A DNA stretch of 29,806 nucleotides from Woeseiaceae bacterium (GTDB lineage: Bacteria; Pseudomonadota; Gammaproteobacteria; Steroidobacterales; Woeseiaceae). How positions within the stretch are numbered: position 1 is the stretch's first letter; every line of letters begins with the position of its first letter. The stretch covers positions 1-29,806 of the forward strand of contig JAKEGN010000159.1 in NCBI GenBank assembly GCA_022615525.1, written 5' to 3'. The notes under the pieces are model-generated. The model saw only the letters and a list, made by a program, of their open reading frames with translations, had not been told where the DNA came from and did no database searches. The position numbers and the translations under genes were made by a program. Positions 12,019 to 21,674 of this stretch are shown here, piece after piece.

Positions 12019-14109
12019 CTACGCCATGGACAGTTGCGAAATATCGGCGATTTCGAGAAACAGATCGCGCAACTCTGACAACAGGGCGAGACGGTTTTTC
12101 TTGAGCTCCTGATCGTCTGTCATGACCATGACCTCGTCGAAGAACCGGTCGACAGGGTTACGCAATCCGGACAGAGCGGTCAGCGCTTCGGTGTACTGGC
12201 GCTGCTCGATCAGGGGGCGGAATTTTGCAGATGCAGCCCCAAGGGCGTTATGCAGTTGCTTCTCCGCGTCGTCGATCAGCAGGCTCGCCTTCAGCCGGGG
12301 CGATGACTGAAGAGCGGCTTGCCGCAGGATATTGCCGATGCGCTTGTTCGCGGTAGCCAGCGCCGTTGCCTCATCCAGTCGCGAGAATGCGGCAACGGCC
12401 TTGAGACGCAAATCGAAATCGAGCAATGACGCCGGGCGTTTGCTACGCACCGCTTCGAACATTTCCGCCGCCAGCCCCGGGCGTTCCAGGTACCAGGCAC
12501 GGAGCCGCTCGATGATGAACTCACGGAGGGACTCGAGCAGTTCCGTGCTGTTCTGCAAGTCGACTGGCTGGGACTTTACCGCGGACGCAAGCAATTCATC
12601 GAGATCCAGGTCGAGTTGTTTCTCGATGATGATTCGTATGAAGCCAAGAGCGGCCCGGCGCAGGCCGAAAGGATCGCGGCTTCCGCTGGGTTTCCGGTTG
12701 AGTGCGAAGTTTCCCGCCAGCATATCGAGCTTGTCGGCGATCGCGAGCGCCATTCCTGCGGGACTTGCGGGCAATGAGTCGCCGGCAAATCGCGGCAGGT
12801 ACTGCTCACCGATGGCTGTCGCCACCGGCGCCGGTTCTCCATCCGCCATCGCGTAGTAACGCCCCATCAGGCCCTGCAGCTCCGGAAACTCGTTGACCAT
12901 TCCGGTCAGCAGGTCACACTTGGCGAGTGCCGCCGCGCGTTGTACATCGCCTCGCTTCGCGCCCGTGGCGCCGGCAATCCGTTCAGCGATCCCTGCAATA
13001 CGCTGGGTCCGTTCGGCCATGCTGCCAAGACCCTGCTGGTACACCACGCCCTTCAGTCCGTCGATTCGATCCGAGAGGGTCGATTTTCGATCCGTCTCCC
13101 AGAAGAAGGCCGCATCGGCAAGCCTTGGCCTGATGACCCGCTCGTTGCCATCGCGAACCCGTTGCGGCTCCGTGCTCTCGATATTTGCGATCGTGACGAA
13201 AACGGGTAGCAGCTCTCCGTCCTTGCTTGATACGGGAAAGTAACGCTGGTGACCGCTCAGCGTGGCAACGATGACTTCCTTGGGAAGCTTGAGAAAATCC
13301 TGGTCGAAGGTACCGGTGATGGCAACCGGCCACTCGTTCAGTGCGGTAACCTCGTCGAATAGCGCGAGATCTCCGCCCGGCCGCCCGCCCGCTTCACGGG
13401 CGGCCTGATCCACAAGTTCGACGATACGTTTTCTTCGGGCGGCAAAATCGGCCAGCACGAAGGCTTTCTTCTCCAGCAATTCCAGGTATTGTCCCGGCGA
13501 GTTGACCGTAAGTTCCTGTGGGGCATGAAAGCGGTGCCCGCGGGTTTTCTTTCCTGCGCGGATCCCCAGAACTTCGCCTTCGACCAGGTCCCTTCCGTGC
13601 AACATGACCAGCCAGTGCACCGGACGCACGAACTCCGCCTCCGAACTACCCCAACGCATGCGACGCGGAATCGGGAGGTTGTCCAGCGATTGCTGCACGA
13701 TCGCGGGCAGGAGTTGCGACGCTGGTGCACCTTTCTCGGAGATCGAGCAGGCGAGCCACTCACCCTTGTCGTTGACTTCACGGCGCAGTTCGGCAACGTC
13801 CACCCCGCATTTTCGTGCGAAAGCGAGCGCAGCCGGTTTCGGTACGCCATCCCTGTCGAAAGCAACTGAAACCGGCGGACCCTTGAGTTCCACCTGCCGG
13901 TCCGGCTGTGATCGCACAAGTTTGTCGACCAGCACGGCGAGGCGCCGCGGAGTTCCAAACGCGCGAACTTCGCCGTGCTGCAAGCGACTCTCATCGAGCA
14001 ATGTGGCGAGATTGGCCGCGAATGCATCCATCAGCGACTTCAGCGCTTTCGGCGGCAGCTCTTCGGTTCCGACTTCTACCAGGAAGTCGGCGGTCGCGAT
14101 TTTCGCCAT
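12019..14109 (-). CDS. glyS: Glycine--tRNA ligase beta subunit
   Basis: DFLVEVGTEELPP, FGTPRRLAV, MRWG...FVRPVHW, GNERVIRPRLADAAFF, EFPELQGLMG, GSRDPFGLRR, FFDEVMVM..D..LKKNRLALL. Confidence 0.98.
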   Translation of the reverse strand: MAKIATADFLVEVGTEELPPKALKSLMDAFAANLATLLDESRLQHGEVRAFGTPRRLAVLVDKLVRSQPDRQVELKGPPVSVAFDRDGVPKPAALAFARKCGVDVAELRREVNDKGEWLACSISEKGAPASQLLPAIVQQSLDNLPIPRRMRWGSSEAEFVRPVHWLVMLHGRDLVEGEVLGIRAGKKTRGHRFHAPQELTVNSPGQYLELLEKKAFVLADFAARRKRIVELVDQAAREAGGRPGGDLALFDEVTALNEWPVAITGTFDQDFLKLPKEVIVATLSGHQRYFPVSSKDGELLPVFVTIANIESTEPQRVRDGNERVIRPRLADAAFFWETDRKSTLSDRIDGLKGVVYQQGLGSMAERTQRIAGIAERIAGATGAKRGDVQRAAALAKCDLLTGMVNEFPELQGLMGRYYAMADGEPAPVATAIGEQYLPRFAGDSLPASPAGMALAIADKLDMLAGNFALNRKPSGSRDPFGLRRAALGFIRIIIEKQLDLDLDELLASAVKSQPVDLQNSTELLESLREFIIERLRAWYLERPGLAAEMFEAVRSKRPASLLDFDLRLKAVAAFSRLDEATALATANKRIGNILRQAALQSSPRLKASLLIDDAEKQLHNALGAASAKFRPLIEQRQYTEALTALSGLRNPVDRFFDEVMVMTDDQELKKNRLALLSELRDLFLEIADISQLSMA

Positions 14110-14112
14110 ACC

Positions 14113-15045
<933 letters not shown>

Positions 15046-15152
15046 CAATGATTTCGCGCAAATCCGGTGGCGCGCAGTATAACCGCATATGCACGCGCTG
15101 GAAGCCGCAGGCACAGGGCATAGGGCCTCGCCGCGGCACCCGACGGGGACGG

Positions 15153-15169
15153 AACACCAAATTGGTGCG
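15153..15169. promoter_or_regulatory. NtrC-binding site 1
   Basis: AACACCA-AAT-TGGTGCG versus TGCACCA-N3-TGGTGCA. Confidence 0.7.
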
Positions 15170-15182
15170 CAAAGCCTAAAAG

Positions 15183-15199
15183 CGCACTAGAATAGTGCG
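15183..15199. promoter_or_regulatory. NtrC-binding site 2
   Basis: CGCACTA-GAA-TAGTGCG, perfect 7-bp arms. Confidence 0.75.
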
Positions 15200-15213
15200 T
15201 ATTGCCCAGGCCC

Positions 15214-15230
15214 CGCCCCAATCTGGTGCG
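15214..15230. promoter_or_regulatory. NtrC-binding site 3
   Basis: CGCCCCA-ATC-TGGTGCG; centres of the three sites are 30 and 31 bp apart. Confidence 0.65.
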
Positions 15231-15265
15231 GAGCATCCGGTGCTAGTGGCTGGCAAACCCATAGG

Positions 15266-15278
15266 GATCAAGCACTTG
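15266..15278 (+). promoter_or_regulatory. IHF-like site between the NtrC enhancer and the sigma54 promoter
   Basis: GATCAA-GCAC-TTG, 12/13 to WATCAANNNNTTR, centred near -48 of the inferred start site. Confidence 0.5.
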
Positions 15279-15293
15279 CGGTACCGGCAGTGA

Positions 15294-15309
15294 TGGCACG
15301 CTTTCTGCA
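15294..15309 (+). promoter_or_regulatory. sigma54 (-24/-12) promoter of glnA
   Basis: TGGCAC-GCTTT-CTGCA with exact GG-N10-GC spacing, ~70 nt upstream of the glnA ATG. Confidence 0.85.
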
Positions 15310-15377
15310 CAGCAAAAGCAATCGGCAGTTGGCTTAGCCGTCTGCCATCGCATTTTATTTAACTGGAGGATAGGTTC

Positions 15378-16787
15378 ATGACCCCCGCTGAGGTACTCGG
15401 CCTGATAAAGAAAAAGGACGTCAAGTTCATCGATTTTCGATTCACGGACACGAAGGGCAAGGAACAGCATGTCACTGTACCGGCGCGGGTCGCGAGCGAA
15501 GAACTGTTCGAAGACGGCAAGATGTTCGATGGCTCTTCCATCGCCGGCTGGAAAGGCATCAACGAGTCCGACATGATCCTGATGCCGGATCCCGATTCCG
15601 CCGTGATCGATGTCTTCTCCGAAGAAGTGACACTGAATCTTCGCTGCAACGTCATCGAACCCGCCACCATGCAGGGCTACGACCGCTGTCCGCGCACGCT
15701 CGCACAGCGTGCCGAGGCTTACCTGAAGTCGACCGGCATTGCCGATGTGGCCTACTTCGGCCCGGAAAACGAGTTCTTCGTATTCGACGATGTGCGTTGG
15801 GATTCGACCATGCAGGGCGCGATGTATGCCATCGACTCGAGCGAGGGCGCCTGGAATACCAGCCGCAGCTACGAAGACAGCAACACCGGTCACCGTCCCA
15901 CGGTGAAAGGCGGTTACTTCCCGGTACCGCCGGTCGATTCACTGCACGACATCCGCTCTGCAATGTGCCTGGCGCTGGAGGAAATGGGCCTGCAGACCGA
16001 GGTACATCACCACGAAGTTGCCACGGCCGGCCAGTGCGAAATCGGTGTGCGCTTCGGCACGCTGTGCCGCAAGGCGGACGAGGTGCAGATACTGAAGTAT
16101 GTCGTGCACAACGTAGCTCACAGTTACGGAAAGACCGCCACCTTCATGCCGAAACCGCTGGTCAACGACAACGGCAACGGCGCACACGTCCACCAGTCCC
16201 TGTTCAAGGGCGGCAAGAACCTGTTCAGCGGCGACGGCTACGGCGGCCTGTCCGATCTCGCACTCTACTACATCGGCGGCATCATCAAACATGCGAAAGC
16301 GCTGAACGGTTTCACCAACCCGGCCACCAACAGTTACAAGCGGCTGGTTCCCGGATTCGAGGCGCCGACCATCCTTGCCTATTCGGCACGGAATCGTTCC
16401 GCTTCCATTCGCATCCCCTACGAAGCCAACCCAAAAGGACGCCGCATCGAAGTGCGATTCCCGGACTCGATGGCAAACCCGTACCTGGCGTTTTCCGCCA
16501 TGATGCTGGCCGGCCTCGACGGCATCCAGAACAAGATTCACCCGGGCGATGCCATGGACAAGGATTTGTACGACCTGCCGCCCGAGGAAGAGAAGAAGCT
16601 GTTGCTCGTCGCATTCTCGCTGGAAGAGGCGCTCAATTCACTGGACAAGGATCGTGAGTTTCTCAAGGCTGGCAATGTTTTCAGCGACGACCTGATCGAT
16701 GCCTACATTGACCTGAAGAGGGAAAACGTTACCCGGCTGCGGATGACCACCCATCCGGTGGAATTCGACATGTACTACAGCCTGTAA
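15378..16787 (+). CDS. glnA: Glutamine synthetase type I
   Basis: [72 protein letters not shown], adenylylation loop [18 protein letters not shown]. Confidence 0.99.
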   Translation: MTPAEVLGLIKKKDVKFIDFRFTDTKGKEQHVTVPARVASEELFEDGKMFDGSSIAGWKGINESDMILMPDPDSAVIDVFSEEVTLNLRCNVIEPATMQGYDRCPRTLAQRAEAYLKSTGIADVAYFGPENEFFVFDDVRWDSTMQGAMYAIDSSEGAWNTSRSYEDSNTGHRPTVKGGYFPVPPVDSLHDIRSAMCLALEEMGLQTEVHHHEVATAGQCEIGVRFGTLCRKADEVQILKYVVHNVAHSYGKTATFMPKPLVNDNGNGAHVHQSLFKGGKNLFSGDGYGGLSDLALYYIGGIIKHAKALNGFTNPATNSYKRLVPGFEAPTILAYSARNRSASIRIPYEANPKGRRIEVRFPDSMANPYLAFSAMMLAGLDGIQNKIHPGDAMDKDLYDLPPEEEKKLLLVAFSLEEALNSLDKDREFLKAGNVFSDDLIDAYIDLKRENVTRLRMTTHPVEFDMYYSL

Positions 16788-16803
16788 CGGGTAAAACTGT
16801 GAA

Positions 16804-16826
16804 CCGGGCGGCATTTTGCCGCCCGG
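16804..16826 (+). terminator. GC-rich hairpin after glnA
   Basis: CCGGGCGGCA-TTT-TGCCGCCCGG, a perfect 10-bp stem with no following U-run; could be a leaky terminator or an mRNA 3'-end stabiliser. Confidence 0.5.
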
Positions 16827-16865
16827 CCGCTGGCGACAGACAGGGCTCCAAGCTATGCTAACTGC

Positions 16866-17396
16866 ATGCAAATACGGCTACTTATCGCAGTTGTACTCAC
16901 CCTTGTCGCAGGCGTCGTGCTTGCGCAGGCTTACCGCTGGGTGGATGAAGACGGCGTGGTCCACTACTCTGACCGGCCGGAGCCCGGAGCGGAGGAAGTG
17001 CAACTGCCGGAGTATCGTTCGTCATCCAGGCCAACAACGCCTGCACCGGCCAGCCGCTACACACGCCGTGAGGAAACAGCGGCCAGCGATGCCAACCAAC
17101 CGTTCAGTTACCAGAGCCTCACTGTCGCAACTCCCGCCTCCGAACAGACGCTATGGAATATCGAAGGGGTACTGAGCGTCAGCCTGAGCCTGCAGCCGGC
17201 GCTGCAGAGCGGGCACCAGATTCGGGTGTACTTCGACGGCACCCCGCGCATGGTCAGCGGCACTTCGTTCCAACTGGAAGAGGTGTACCGTGGAGCGCAC
17301 AACCTGCAGGCGGAGGTCATCGATCAGGCGGGCAAGCTGATGATACGCAGCGAGCCGAGCCGCTTTTACGTGCAGCAAAACGCGATCGCGAACTGA
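16866..17396 (+). CDS. DUF4124-family exported protein
   Basis: Signal peptide, then AQAYRWVDEDGVVHYSDRP (DUF4124 signature) and a C-terminal beta-rich domain (YRGAHNLQAEVID). The position between glnA and ntrB is common in gammaproteobacteria. Confidence 0.85.
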   Translation: MQIRLLIAVVLTLVAGVVLAQAYRWVDEDGVVHYSDRPEPGAEEVQLPEYRSSSRPTTPAPASRYTRREETAASDANQPFSYQSLTVATPASEQTLWNIEGVLSVSLSLQPALQSGHQIRVYFDGTPRMVSGTSFQLEEVYRGAHNLQAEVIDQAGKLMIRSEPSRFYVQQNAIAN

Positions 17397-18502
17397 ACGC
17401 AGCGATACCGCGCCGGCAGAAAGATCCAAAACTTCCAGCGAGCATCGTCGATGGCCTGACGACCGCCGTCATCCTGCTGGATCACAATTTCCTCATAATC
17501 GAGCTGAATCCTGCGGCAGAGAACCTGCTGGGCGTCAGCGCGAACCGCGCGCTCGGTCAGCCGTTGCTGCCTTTCGTCGACGACGACGCGGAGTTACGCG
17601 ATGTGCTTGTGCGAACGCTGGTATCCGGCGTGCCACATGCCAACGAGCTCCGCCTCAGTCCAAGCGAGGCCCATGCCGAGAACCGGATCATCGACTGCCG
17701 TGTTTCCCTGATGGCGTCGGCAGAGCTGGAGGATGCGTTGCTCGTCGAAATGAACGACGTGACGAGGCGGTCCAAGATCAGCCGGGAAAACGCCCTGATC
17801 ATCCAGCACGGCGCGGGCAGGCAAATGATTCGGCAGCTCGCACACGAGATCAAAAACCCGCTCGGCGGCTTGCGCGGGGCAGCGCAACTCCTGGCGCGGC
17901 AACTGGAAAGCGAAGAACTCAGAGAATACACGGGCGTCATCATCAGCGAAGCCGATCGGTTGGCGGCGCTGGTAGACACCTTGCTCGGGCCCGGTGGTCC
18001 ACCAAATAAGAAGCCGGTCAATGTCCACGAACTGCTCGAGTACGTCGTGCGGCTCGTGGAGCCGGACATCGGCGAGCACGTTCGATTCCGTCGGGACTAC
18101 GATGCAAGCCTGCCGCTCATCGATCTCGATCGTGACCAGATGGTGCAGGCATTTCTGAATCTCGTGCAGAACGCGGCAACGGCCCTGGAAGGCCGCGGGC
18201 AAATTACGCTTCGTAGCAGGGCCGTCATGAATTTCACGATCGGCGATGTCCGCCACAGCGCCATCGCCAGTATCGATATCGAAGACGACGGCCCGGGCAT
18301 ACCACCGCAACTGCAGGACTCCATCTTTTACCCGCTGGTGACCAGCCGGCCCGAAGGCACGGGCCTCGGGCTGCCGGTCGCCCAGGAATTGCTGAGTCGC
18401 CACGGTGGCCTGATCGAGTTCGAGAGCCGGCCCGGCCGAACGGTGTTCTCGGTGCGCATCCCGTTGCGCGCGACAAAGCGAGACAACCGTGACTACCGCT
18501 GA
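17393..18502 (+). CDS. ntrB: Nitrogen regulation sensor histidine kinase NtrB (start uncertain: CTG 17393 proposed; ATG 17153 is the only canonical alternative)
   Basis: PAS-like N-terminus (SIVDGLTTAVILLD, LNPAAENLL), H-box AHEIKNPL, NLVQNA, DDGPGI, GTGLGL; lies upstream of ntrC. Confidence 0.93.
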   Translation: MNAAIPRRQKDPKLPASIVDGLTTAVILLDHNFLIIELNPAAENLLGVSANRALGQPLLPFVDDDAELRDVLVRTLVSGVPHANELRLSPSEAHAENRIIDCRVSLMASAELEDALLVEMNDVTRRSKISRENALIIQHGAGRQMIRQLAHEIKNPLGGLRGAAQLLARQLESEELREYTGVIISEADRLAALVDTLLGPGGPPNKKPVNVHELLEYVVRLVEPDIGEHVRFRRDYDASLPLIDLDRDQMVQAFLNLVQNAATALEGRGQITLRSRAVMNFTIGDVRHSAIASIDIEDDGPGIPPQLQDSIFYPLVTSRPEGTGLGLPVAQELLSRHGGLIEFESRPGRTVFSVRIPLRATKRDNRDYR

Positions 18503-19895
18503 GTTGGAAGCCTGGGTTGTCGATGACGACCAGTCGGTGCGCTGGGTGCTCGAGAAAGCATTGCGCCAGGCCGGCATCAGCACGCGCAGTTTCGAACGGG
18601 CAGAGCACCTGCTCGCAGCGATAGACCGGAGCACGCCCGATGTCCTCATTACCGACATACGCATGCCGGGAATGGACGGTCTCGCGTTGCTCGATCGACT
18701 GAGCAGCACGCGGCCGGATCTTCCGGTGATAGTGATGACAGCGCACACGGATCTCGATCACGCGGTGGCCGCGTATCGCGGCGGCGCATTCGAGTACCTG
18801 CCGAAGCCCTTCGACGTGGACGAGGCCATCAGTCTCGTACAGAAAGCGGCACGGCGCAACGGGGCGCATGACAAGAGTGCCTCGATGTCTTCGAAGGACG
18901 ATATTCCCTCGATGCTCGGTAAGGCGCCGGCAATGCAGGAAGTGTTTCGTTCCATCGGGCGACTGGCGAAATCCAGCCTTACAGTTCTCATCACCGGCGA
19001 ATCCGGCACCGGCAAAGAGCTTGTCGCACGCGCACTGCACCAGCACAGTCCGCGCGCGGACAAGGCGTTCGTTGCACTGAACACGTCAGCTATTGCCGCT
19101 GAACTTCTGGAGTCCGAACTCTTCGGTCACGAGCGCGGCGCATTTACGGGGGCAGACGCGCGCCGCATCGGCCGATTCGAGCAGGCCAACGGCGGCACGT
19201 TGTTTCTGGACGAGATCGGCGACATGTCGCCGGCACTGCAAACCCGATTGTTGCGCGTGCTCGCGGAAAGCGAGTTCTATCGTGTCGGCGGCCAAACACC
19301 GATCCGTGTGGATGTGCGGGTGATCGCGGCAACCAACCAGGACCTGGCCAGGGCCGTCAAGGAAGGCCGCTTCCGCGAAGACCTGTACCACCGGTTGAAC
19401 GTGATCCGCATCGATACGCCGCCGCTGCGACATCGGCGTGAGGACATACCGGTGCTTCTGAATCACTACCTGAAGGACGCGGCCAGGGAACTCGACACGC
19501 CGGCGAAGAAGATCAACAGCGATGCCATGGAGATCCTGAAAACCTACGACTGGCCGGGAAACGTCAGGCAGCTCGTGAATACGGCGAGGCGACTTACCGT
19601 AACGGCACCCGGCGGGGTGATCACGAGCCTGGACATTCCGCAGGATCTCGGAGGCAGGAACAGTTCCGCAAACGCGGAAAACGAATGGACCAGGAGCCTT
19701 GCCGACTGGGCCGAGCGCAAGCTGGGCGAGGCCGATAGCGGCCCACTCCTTGAAGTGGCGCTGCCCGCTTTCGAGAAAACGCTGATCCGGATTGCACTGG
19801 AGCGCGCCCGCGGTCACCGTCAGGAAGCGGCAAAACTCCTGGGATGGGGACGAAACACGCTCACGCGCAAGATCCGCTCGCTGAACCTCGACTAG
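18489..19895 (+). CDS. ntrC: Nitrogen regulation response regulator NtrC
   Basis: Receiver WVVDDD..TDIRMPG, Walker [50 protein letters not shown] start overlaps the ntrB end by 14 nt. Confidence 0.98.
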   Translation: MTTAELEAWVVDDDQSVRWVLEKALRQAGISTRSFERAEHLLAAIDRSTPDVLITDIRMPGMDGLALLDRLSSTRPDLPVIVMTAHTDLDHAVAAYRGGAFEYLPKPFDVDEAISLVQKAARRNGAHDKSASMSSKDDIPSMLGKAPAMQEVFRSIGRLAKSSLTVLITGESGTGKELVARALHQHSPRADKAFVALNTSAIAAELLESELFGHERGAFTGADARRIGRFEQANGGTLFLDEIGDMSPALQTRLLRVLAESEFYRVGGQTPIRVDVRVIAATNQDLARAVKEGRFREDLYHRLNVIRIDTPPLRHRREDIPVLLNHYLKDAARELDTPAKKINSDAMEILKTYDWPGNVRQLVNTARRLTVTAPGGVITSLDIPQDLGGRNSSANAENEWTRSLADWAERKLGEADSGPLLEVALPAFEKTLIRIALERARGHRQEAAKLLGWGRNTLTRKIRSLNLD

Positions 19896-19923
19896 GAGCA
19901 AGCAGCGCTCGCAACATGGAGCG

Positions 19924-20020
19924 AAGGTGCCGGATTCATCTGCAAAAGGTGGTGTGACATCGCCCGCCGGGTTGCCTGGGGCCGCGGGCAGGCGTAGCAG
20001 AAAATAAGTTCGGCACCTTT
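19924..20020 (+). repeat. Intergenic element with terminal inverted repeats (copy 2), possibly a structured RNA
   Basis: AAGGTGCCGGA (19924-19934) pairs with TTCGGCACCTT (20009-20019). The reverse complement of the right arm matches the 2336-2357 arm at 20/22 nt. Nested internal stems. Confidence 0.7.
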
Positions 20021-20035
20021 GTCCCTGCAACACGA

Positions 20036-20109
20036 ACGGCGCCACGCCGCCATGCCTTTCTCGCTCGGAAATCCTAACTCACTCGAAAGGCATACCGTCG
20101 TGTCGCCGT
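20036..20109 (-). repeat. 74-bp element with 25-bp imperfect inverted repeat
   Basis: ACGGCGCCACGCCGCCATGCCTTTC (20036-20060) versus GAAAGGCATACCGTCGTGTCGCCGT (20085-20109): 21/25 Watson-Crick pairs plus one G.U on the minus strand. Confidence 0.65.
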
Positions 20110-20148
20110 CTCGATATCCGCTGCAGGGGCCCGCATCGCTGGCGAGCG

Positions 20149-21096
20149 TCAGGTCTGCAGCGAACCGATGAGTTGCGAGACAGACGTCATCTCGTGACGT
20201 CGCAGGTAATCCGCAATCCCGTCATTTATCGTTTTGCATAACAGCGGATCGTAGAACAGCGCGGTGCCTATGCCTACGGTCGTCGCGCCGGCGATGATGA
20301 ACTCCAGCGCATCTTTTGCCGTCATGATGCCGCCCTGGCCGATGATCGGAATGTTCCTGGGCCCGGCAACTTCGTAAACCTGCCTGACCTTCAACAATGC
20401 GATGGGGCGTATGGCCGGGCCGGAAAGCCCGCCGCGAACGTTGCCCAGCACCGGCCTGCGCTGCTCTATGTCGATTGCCATGCCCGTGATCGTGTTGATC
20501 ACGGCAAGCGCATCGGCGCCAGCCTCGATGCAGAGGCGGGCGTTCTCTCTTATGTCGGTCTGGTTCGGCGACAGTTTGGCTATGATCGGTTTGCGTGTTT
20601 CCCTGCGGCAGGCTGCAACTACTTTGGCGGACATGTCCGGATAGTTGCCGAACGTCAGGCCACCTTCCTTGATGTTCGGGCAGGAGATGTTGATCTCGAT
20701 GGCGTCTATCGGAGAATCGTCGAATCGTCGCGTGACCTCGGCGTAGTCCTCGACGGTCGATCCGCAGACGTTGGCTATGAAGCGCGTTTCGCTGAAGTCG
20801 AGCTGCGGCAGGATCTCGTCGACGACCTTGTCCATCCCGGGGTTCTGCAAGCCGATGGCATTCAGCATGCCGGCTGGTGTTTCGCACACTCGATGCGGCG
20901 CGTTGCCCAGCCGCGGTTCGCGGGTCGTGCCTTTCAGCACGATGGCGCCGACGTCCCGGTTGGAAAACCCTTCTATGCGAGTGTATTCCTCGCCGAAACC
21001 GACGCAGCCCGACAGCAGGACTATGGGCGAGGACAGCGACAATCCGCAGAAGTCGACTTGCAGGGGATTGGGCAGCGATTTTCCGGCTACGGCCAT
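20149..21096 (-). CDS. pyrD: Dihydroorotate dehydrogenase, class 1 (soluble, catalytic-Cys type)
   Basis: LSGCVGFG, VLKGTT, NAIGLQNPG, EINISCPN, KLSPN, INT, GGLSG, IIGQGGI, VGIGTA. 315 aa, no N-terminal membrane anchor and no C-terminal ferredoxin. Confidence 0.88.
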   Translation of the reverse strand: MAVAGKSLPNPLQVDFCGLSLSSPIVLLSGCVGFGEEYTRIEGFSNRDVGAIVLKGTTREPRLGNAPHRVCETPAGMLNAIGLQNPGMDKVVDEILPQLDFSETRFIANVCGSTVEDYAEVTRRFDDSPIDAIEINISCPNIKEGGLTFGNYPDMSAKVVAACRRETRKPIIAKLSPNQTDIRENARLCIEAGADALAVINTITGMAIDIEQRRPVLGNVRGGLSGPAIRPIALLKVRQVYEVAGPRNIPIIGQGGIMTAKDALEFIIAGATTVGIGTALFYDPLLCKTINDGIADYLRRHEMTSVSQLIGSLQT

Positions 21097-21175
21097 TCGT
21101 TATCGTTTCTGCGGGGACGGGTCGGCATGCGATCATGCAGTTTACCGGGATAACGACAATTTTGCGCCGCCCAGC

Positions 21176-21640
21176 ATGTTCAGCCTGATCCTGTATCAGC
21201 CGGAGATTCCGCCCAATACTGGCAACATCATCCGGCTGTGCGCCAATACCGGAACGAAATTGCATCTCATCGAACCATTGGGTTTCGAGCTGGACGAACC
21301 GCGCCTGAAACGGGCCGGCCTCGACTACCGGGAGTTCGCCGATGTGCTGGTGCACGGCAGTCTCGACGCCTGCCTCGAGAAGTTGCAGCGGCCGCGCGTA
21401 TACGCACTCAGTACCCGCAACCCGACTTGCTATACCGATGAGCAATTCCGACCAGGCGATGCGTTTCTTTTCGGGCCTGAAACACGAGGGCTGCCGCTGT
21501 CCATACTTGAGAACCTGCCTGCATCGCAAAGACTGCGATTACCGATGCAAGCGGGCAGCCGCAGCTTGAATTTGTCGAACAGCACCGCGGTGGTGATTTA
21601 CGAGGCCTGGCGCCAGCAGGGGTTTGCAGGAGGGCGCTGA
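21176..21640 (+). CDS. trmL: tRNA (cytidine(34)-2'-O)-methyltransferase TrmL
   Basis: LYQPEIPPNTGNIIRLCANTG, LHLIEPLGF, KRAGLDY, FLFGPETRGLP, RSLNLSNS. ATG 21176, 154 aa. Confidence 0.97.
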   Translation: MFSLILYQPEIPPNTGNIIRLCANTGTKLHLIEPLGFELDEPRLKRAGLDYREFADVLVHGSLDACLEKLQRPRVYALSTRNPTCYTDEQFRPGDAFLFGPETRGLPLSILENLPASQRLRLPMQAGSRSLNLSNSTAVVIYEAWRQQGFAGGR

Positions 21641-21674
21641 ACACAGCGCTGCACGCCGGCGCCGCGCCACCGGC

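Noticed and set aside
19916-19957. 13-codon ORF MERRCRIHLQKVV overlapping the hairpin element
   Set aside because: No properly spaced SD and no leader-peptide-like composition; no downstream co-oriented gene to attenuate.
19976-19994. TGGGGCCGCGGGCAGG resembles part of tRNA-Sec
   Set aside because: No acceptor stem, anticodon arm, TTCGA loop or CCA end; not a tRNA.
20222-21529. 435-aa plus-strand ORF, and similar long antisense or alternate-frame ORFs (17594-18748, 19086-20045, 15797-16657, 22222-region, 27358-28152, 27714-28505)
   Set aside because: They overlap well-supported genes, are Arg/Pro/Ala-rich and carry no recognisable motifs, as expected for shadow frames in GC-rich DNA.
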